A stretch of 63,229 bases of DNA, counting the filler, from Folioceros fuciformis (lineage: Eukaryota), in NCBI GenBank assembly GCA_049999805.1. It is 11 parts of 11 records of this genome, joined end to end, with 100 filler letters (N's around TTAATTAATTAA, not from the genome) between each part and the next. Parts side by side here need not be neighbours in the genome. Positions count along the whole stretch, not along the records: positions 60,487 to 63,229 come from JBNGIO010003427.1; 10 more parts are not named here. One strand, given 5' to 3'. Numbering within the stretch: the first letter of the stretch is position 1; each line of letters starts with the position of its first letter. The notes under the pieces were generated by a model, which worked only from the letters and a program-made list of their open reading frames with translations, searched no databases and was not told the origin of the DNA. Below are positions 62,780-63,229 of the stretch, piece after piece. Made by a program: the position numbers and the translations under genes.

Positions 62780-63229
62780 CAATAATGACATGGGAACTTT
62801 GCAAACGATTTTCCTTTGCTCTTTTCTTCCTAGCTTTTTAGATGACCCTATCCTTGGCATCAACTCCGTTATACTTAACTATTGACCATCCGACTTCACT
62901 TATGTTGAACATCCAACTCCACTGGTGTTGACCATTTGACTACACTTGTGCATTTAATGCAATAACAAGAGTCTTATATGATACGGGTAAGCTCCTCACA
63001 ATTATCCTTACCATGCCATCCTCTTCAACTTTAATACCAATAGATTTCAACTAATTAGTTAACTCTGTCACATTACTCAAGTGAGCTATAATCGAGTTAC
63101 CTTCTTGCACCTTCGAACTATAGAACTTGTTCTTCAGAAAGATTTTCTTCTAAAAAGTTTTACTCTCATAAAGATTCTTCAATGTGCTCCATATACTTGT
63201 GGAGAATGGTTTTGTACTTTATATATTTT
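62780..63229 (-). mobile_element. Second degenerate copia gag remnant
   Basis: SIIAHL..V.EL.N.LKSIGIKVEEDGMV..I..SLP.SYKTLV.AL, with stops. Confidence 0.65.

Overview
Eukaryotic land-plant genomic DNA with short GT-AG introns; the bifunctional diterpene synthase suggests a non-flowering lineage (bryophyte, lycophyte, fern or gymnosperm). The window is not one locus. It is 11 scaffolds concatenated with artificial 100-bp N44-TTAATTAATTAA-N44 spacers, plus internal 100-N gaps, so neighbourhood across spacers has no biological meaning. Supported genes: an unusually long HD-Zip class I transcription factor, a GH35 beta-galactosidase, a 5'-truncated DSK2/ubiquilin, an intronless ERdj3B-type DnaJ, a 5'-truncated bifunctional class II/class I diterpene synthase, an intronless GT4 glycosyltransferase, a 3'-truncated CASP-like gene, a divergent two-domain phytocyanin-like gene and a CIB/BEE-type (subgroup XII) bHLH. 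The most striking feature is a >1590-aa protein that splices in frame as Agenet-Agenet-B3-zf-C3Hc3H-AP2...AP2. The rest is Ty1/copia, gypsy-like and LINE remnants, minisatellites and a short HSP90 pseudo-fragment. All exon models were derived by eye and no database search was run.
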